DNA of 64,000 bases from Klebsormidium nitens (lineage: Eukaryota > Plantae > Klebsormidiophyceae). The notes beneath the pieces were generated by a model. It saw only the letters and a list, made by a program, of their open reading frames with translations, ran no database searches and was not told the DNA's origin. This document shows, one piece after another, positions 58,401 through 64,000 of this stretch (positions are counted from its first letter, which is position 1; every line of letters starts with the position of its first letter). The position numbers were made by a program, and so were the translations under genes. The DNA is taken from positions 7,077 through 71,076 of the forward strand of contig DF237407.1 in assembly GCA_000708835.1 (NCBI GenBank). The letters run 5' to 3'.

Positions 58401-61400
58401 ATTCATGTCGGCATCAATCCGCTGGGAAGCCTTCTGGCGCCTTGGGCCTTATAAAACTCAGTAGAGCCAAGAATCACTTGCCATACAACGTACCCTTGAG
58501 ATCACTCAGATAGCTCTTCAAATTGGCTGTGAGGGGAATGAACTAGAGATTCGGTTTTCAGGTTGAACTCAAATCAAGCACCGCACTCCAGGACTCACAG
58601 TAAGGTCGCAACCGGAAGATGGGGCCACAAGCGAGCGGTGGCAAGGGAGCAAGCGGGGGGCACGCGCAGATGCTGTATCAAAAGCAGCTAACATCCGGAT
58701 GAAGTTAGCGCTCGTGTCGCGGGGACGTCATACTACTGGGTCTGAGTCGTTCATCAGCGCCTGGCCGAAATCTTGCACTTGCTGGACTGATTTGCAAAAC
58801 CGGAAGAATAGTCAGCAAATTGGAGGAGGCCGCTCGAGCCAGAAGCAGAATGTCAGGACGTTTCAAACTAGACTCAGGCTGTCAGGCTCGACATTACCGC
58901 CGCGCGCCAACTTTCGTAGAGATAGAACACCACATTATGGCCGGAGCCGTGATCTTTCCCGCTGACATCATGTTGAAAAGTCTCCAAGGATGCATTGGTG
59001 ACAAGAATAAAAGACCGTTTCTTGTGAGAGGTTGGCACGAGCCTCCCTTCACGTTCTGGCATATTCCGATTCAAGCACAATATCCCTAGCATATTAAATA
59101 TTGTCATGTTTGTAAGGTCAAGCGGCATCAGCTCGGTAAGGCCGTCCATTTTGCTGCCGTCTCTAGCTTGCGAGTTTGATTGGATCAAGGTTTGGGCGAC
59201 AGGGAAAAAAGCGACCCTGGCAACAACTTTTATCTGAGAGCACTACGTACAAGAATCATAGACGGTATCGTGACGGCGTCACGTTTGTGCTACATTTGCG
59301 TCAGTTAGAAGCACTGCAAGTCATGCGAACACATCACCGCCTCTTCAAAGATATGCGCTCACAAATATGCGCTCATCCGCCAGCCCTGTATCCGCCAGCC
59401 TACTTGAAAGAAACGAAGGTTCGACCATAAGTGCTGCAAGCTCGGTATATATATACGGGCAGCTTGATCTAAATCTCCGGTTCTTTGCGTGCGTGAATGT
59501 GTTTTCAACTGGGCTTCAACTAGGCTTCGCGTGCGCCCACGGGCCGGAGCCCTAACTTCATGGTACGGAACTTTACAAGGAGGACGCAAAAGATCACGGC
59601 AGACCTACCGAAAGTAATCCGACGAATTTAAGAGGACCAGCTTTAAAACAATTGAATGAAAGATGCCATTTATCACGGTACCCCATGCTAAAGCCAGAAG
59701 ATGCTTGCGAAAAAGGACTTGCGATTTGAAGCTTGGGAAGTCGTGAGAAAAGCGAACTTGAGGCAATCGACCTTCCGAAGAAGCACTGTAAACCTCGTAA
59801 TTTTGTGGCATCATGTCGAACCTAAAGAACAGCTTCTCTTAGCGGCACAACGACCAAGGTGGGTGCTCATCATTGCCAATAAGTTTATCAAAACAATCTT
59901 CTCACAAATCCGACAAATCGGCGACTGAGGCTTGTGATGAGACATCGGATGCGCCACCATCTGGAGCGCCGACGGTGCCAAGAGCATTGGCCGTCAGCTG
60001 AGTCGACTCACAGTACACGCCCTACTTCCTGTAGGCCGAAATAGTTCATTATTGAGTCCTTCAAAGAGGTTAGCTCGAGGTATTCAGTGCTGGCCGGCTC
60101 TCCGACTTGCTGACTTGCACTCTGAGTCCTAACCGGCCAACCCAAAACGCAACCCATCTGAGCGGTACCTTCATAATATTTTTTATAGCCCAATTGCCCA
60201 CGTAGTAGTCAGCTCCTCCCTCGACCCGATTTCTAACGAAGCACTCGTTAGAGGTGCAGCACATTATTGCAGCTTCTCCTAGTGCTCCTCATGTTGAGTC
60301 TGAGTACCCAAGCCTTTGCACCAGGCCTCTTGGTCATCGCCGCGCATGCTAACTGTCAAAAAAAGCATTCGCCAGCCTGAAAGGACGGGTGGGTCCGGCT
60401 TTCTCGTTCAAACCTCACACTGATTCAGGGGCATCGTTCAAGCCTGAGACGCGAAAGGGCTTGGAACCAGGAAAGAAGTTGAACCAACGGACCACTGCTT
60501 AATTTAGAAAATTGAGATCTTATCTAGACCAATATGACTGGTCGGAAACAGCACCAAGGACAGAGCGCTGGATCACGTTACTGGTTGGCGACCAAAAGTA
60601 AACTAAAGCTAAAACTAAAAAGTTTAGCTAGCAGATCAGCTGGCTCCCCATCAGCCCGCGAGGTTTTCCTCTAAGAGAAGAAATAGTCATTTGTGGTCTG
60701 CCGTTTGGGTAAGCGCCCACGGATTCACCAGAAAAACAATCTGTAACGACTGGGAAATACCGCAAAGGAAGCAAAGCGTCGTACCCCGGGTTGATCCGCT
60801 GATGCCTCGGTCGCTCAATGGCTGCACCAGCAGTAATAATCCAATCACCAATATTATGGTGAGGAATGCTTTTAAAGATCATTGCCGTGCTATTTTCCCA
60901 ATAAGCTTCGCAGGACCGATGCAAATATTGAGAGGGAGGCTGGACTAAGGATGAATGGATGTCAGTCAAGGCCTAGAAAAAGGACGAGAGCCCGGCCTCA
61001 GACTCGATAAGCGAACTCTCTAGCCCGCGCAGAAACCGAGAAGAGAAACCAAATTAGTTGGGACGCTATTTCCACGACGTAGTTGATAAGACTGCTTGCA
61101 TGCGGCTGGCCAACCCACCTGATCCATAGATCGTAGTTGACGAGCCGAGCGCCAGTCCTCAAAAGCTGACCGTCCAGCAAACTCATATATCTCAGAACAT
61201 CATCATGACTCGGAGGCCTCATGCATGCACATGAGAACCCTCTCTGGCCTACTGAGGAGGCCAAAATGGGTGCATCATAGCCCCCTCGTGAAACACGTAG
61301 CCCTCCAAAATCCAAAAGAAACGGAAGTTTCCAGCGAAGACAGACTGTGTCTGCCCACGGAGATCGAATAAATGCAGCCGCCGTCGAGCTTGATCCTGCC

Positions 61401-64000
61401 ACGAGTCATCAGCAAGTCGACACCACCGACTCGGAGAAAGCATGTGGCTGGCTTTTGATGACCTGGTATCCCGAAAGATGTTGTATGTGAGCTGGCGGCT
61501 TACTTCCATATGGTTTGGCTGAAGGTCGTGAATAAATACTACAACGGCCTGAGGCCTGAACGGACTTGTGAACGACAGTCTGGCACCAGAAGACCATTCT
61601 TCGAGCAGAATGATCTTGCATATTACCCGCGCAGAAGACGCTCACTTCCAAAGTCGACCCGGAAAACTGGAACGACAGAGCTCCGCTGGCAGAAGGATGA
61701 AGAAACTAAGCAGCATGCAGCGGGAATAGACACTAACACAGGATACGTTTCTGCGCAAATCCCAATACGCTTGCATCATGGCTGAATCCGAAGGAACGCT
61801 CTTCAGTATTTGCAAGTTTGAGTACGATGATGGATGGACCGAGTTCATTTTGTTTATCCAGTCTAAAAGGGATACTGCAGACTCAAAGCGATCACGCATC
61901 TGTCCTGCAGCTCCAGTCACCGGTTCTTCAAGTATGCCCCGTTGGAACCTAAGTTGGCCCCCAACAGGAGATTATCGACCCGTCATTGCTGAAGTAACAG
62001 ACAACCCGAGAAAGCTTTCAAGCCCGGCCAAACCAGTATCTAACAACTGATTGAAAGATGTGGCGGCTAGTATAAGATTAACAAGTTGTGGTTGCTTCTC
62101 AGCAGTTGGCGCGCTAAAGGCACACTTATGATACCTAGACGGTGCTTGCTTACTCTACGTGACCCTTCCGGCATATTCAAACGAGCTTCTTCAAAGCGGA
62201 GACGATGACAGAAGCGTACAAAGTCGACTACCTAGGGTCGCCGAGCAGAAGAAGTTGGAGAAGACTGAACAAATTAAAACAAAGCTCTGGAAGGCACAAG
62301 TCCCCAGCGTATGTGCCGGCGAGCAGGTGCCGGGACCGATTTACAGTGTACACCTCTTAAAAATGACGTACGGTTTGCAAAAAATAACAAGAAGGAACTA
62401 AACGTCTTGAAAGTACACACGCACATACTATGCGCGCGCTGGCCCATTTCGAAAGTGCCTTCAGGAGGGCGGCTCACGACGGTGGCGCGGGTGCGCGCGC
62501 CCAGGGGGCCATCGCCGCGCGGCGCGCGCAGTCACCGTGCTGAGCATAGTCGCGGCAGAACGCGGCTGCGGCACTCGAGTCTTCCTTTCTCGCAAACCGC
62601 GGCGGGCGGGCCGCGGCTTGCTTTGATTCGCGAGTAGCGGCCGCGGTCGAATCCCGGTACCGCGAGCGGCCGCGGCCGGCCGAGCTTGTGTGTCCTGCGC
62701 GGCGACCCGCGGCCGCCTAACGGCAGTGAGACTCGTGCGTCCGCGGTTGATGCAAAGTTTGCAAGGCAAAACTGCGAGACGCTTAGGTGCTGAGTGAAAG
62801 TACGAGCAGAGGATATTTCAACCGGCTCTCTGGGGAGTGATTCAGTGAGTGAAGTCTAACACGTGGGAGCTGGAGGAGGACCTGGAAGACCAGATAGAAA
62901 CGAGTTTGGGGGGGATTTTTTGGGGGGGATTTTGGAAGGAGGAACATTGAACCGACGCCCGGCAAAAAAAGTGGGTGGACCGAGCCAAATCCGGGATGCT
63001 AGTGAGGGCGCGGCTTCAAATATGCGCACCTTATCTTCGAAGCTAGACGATTTGAAAGTGCTCAAAGCTGAACCGGGGTGGATCGTACGTTAAGCGAATC
63101 ACAGCGCACGCTATTTGTGATCATGCGGGACTTACCGCACAAATAGTTAAGCTTCAGTTGAACTTTGGTTGAGCTTTGGTTGAGCGGGACGCGTCCTTGA
63201 GAGCATATTGGCCGAATGAAGACAGCGTGGCATTAGGCACTGTCGTGACGTCTTCCGATGTCCATGTTGAATAGCAGGGTTTTGTTGCACGTTAAATATC
63301 ACGGCCACGTTGCAGAGTATTTTTAGTAGTGTTCTATGAAAAATGAAGGCGCGATTGTTATGAATGCCATCCCATCAATCCCGTCGTGTAAACATCGATG
63401 AATGCCAAGGGTCGGACGTTGAGCTATACTTTGAGGAACGTTTTCGGGTGCGGTGGTCTGGGCAGCGACAATGCTCCAGTCGGCCGTTTCCGCTTCGAAG
63501 CACAAATGATCAAACCGGAGCTGTATCGGTGACGACTGCGCTTCTTCCGAAAGCTGCTTGTTGTAGTGCATCACGGGACGTGCGGGATTCCACGAGCAAC
63601 CAGAGAAAGTGCGCAAGAACCAGACAGAGTAGCTAGGAAGGATGATTTTTGCCGCCGCATAGCGGCTCCGTAACGGAATCAAGATAGAGATGTCAAGCGC
63701 GTGAAATCGAACAAGCTGGCTACAGGGCTGCCTTTAATTAATCATCAGATTAAGCAAAGTAGCGTCAAGACTTCCGAGCATCTGCCGGCGCACGATGCGA
63801 AAACGATTCAGGCGATTGAAAGTCTAGGGGAAAGGCATCAAATACTGAAAAGACCCATTGGAACGCTCTGCACCTCGCCTTGTCATGGCATCAGGCTGAC
63901 AAGAAAGAGGCAGCGCGTCCTTGCCACACGATGGCTAGCGCATGTCACTTAATCATTGCCACAGGCCGTTTCTTCAACAAGTCGTGAAAAGTTTCGACCA

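Noticed and set aside
56500-64000. Numerous 60-135 aa ORFs as genes
   Set aside because: No recognisable domain, consistent splice structure or long frame. Left unannotated apart from the regional finding.

Overview
Intron-rich eukaryotic nuclear DNA, most likely from a streptophyte green alga of the Klebsormidium type. This identification is inferred from plant-type aaRS and expansin sequences, GT/GC-AG introns and a CCCTAAAA telomere-type repeat; it was not searched. Left half: cytosolic methionyl-tRNA synthetase (minus strand, runs off the left edge) sits head-to-head with phenylalanyl-tRNA synthetase alpha (plus strand, 17 exons), with a 291-bp TA-flanked MITE between them. Middle: a 5-exon expansin-like gene, a disabled Pro-rich membrane-anchored surface-protein gene, and a 4-exon ~1560-aa protein with HEAT/ARM-like repeats and an unexplained beta-rich C-terminus. 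Right third (~46-64 kb): decayed coding relics, a foldback element and CGCG-rich islands, with no intact gene I can support. The most striking feature is a set of 'exon echoes'. Introns of at least four genes hold collinear, dead copies of the adjacent exon end plus its splice site, about 20 in MetRS alone. 5' ends always lie upstream and 3' ends downstream. Several echoes differ from the live exon almost only at synonymous positions, which decay of a dead duplicate does not predict.
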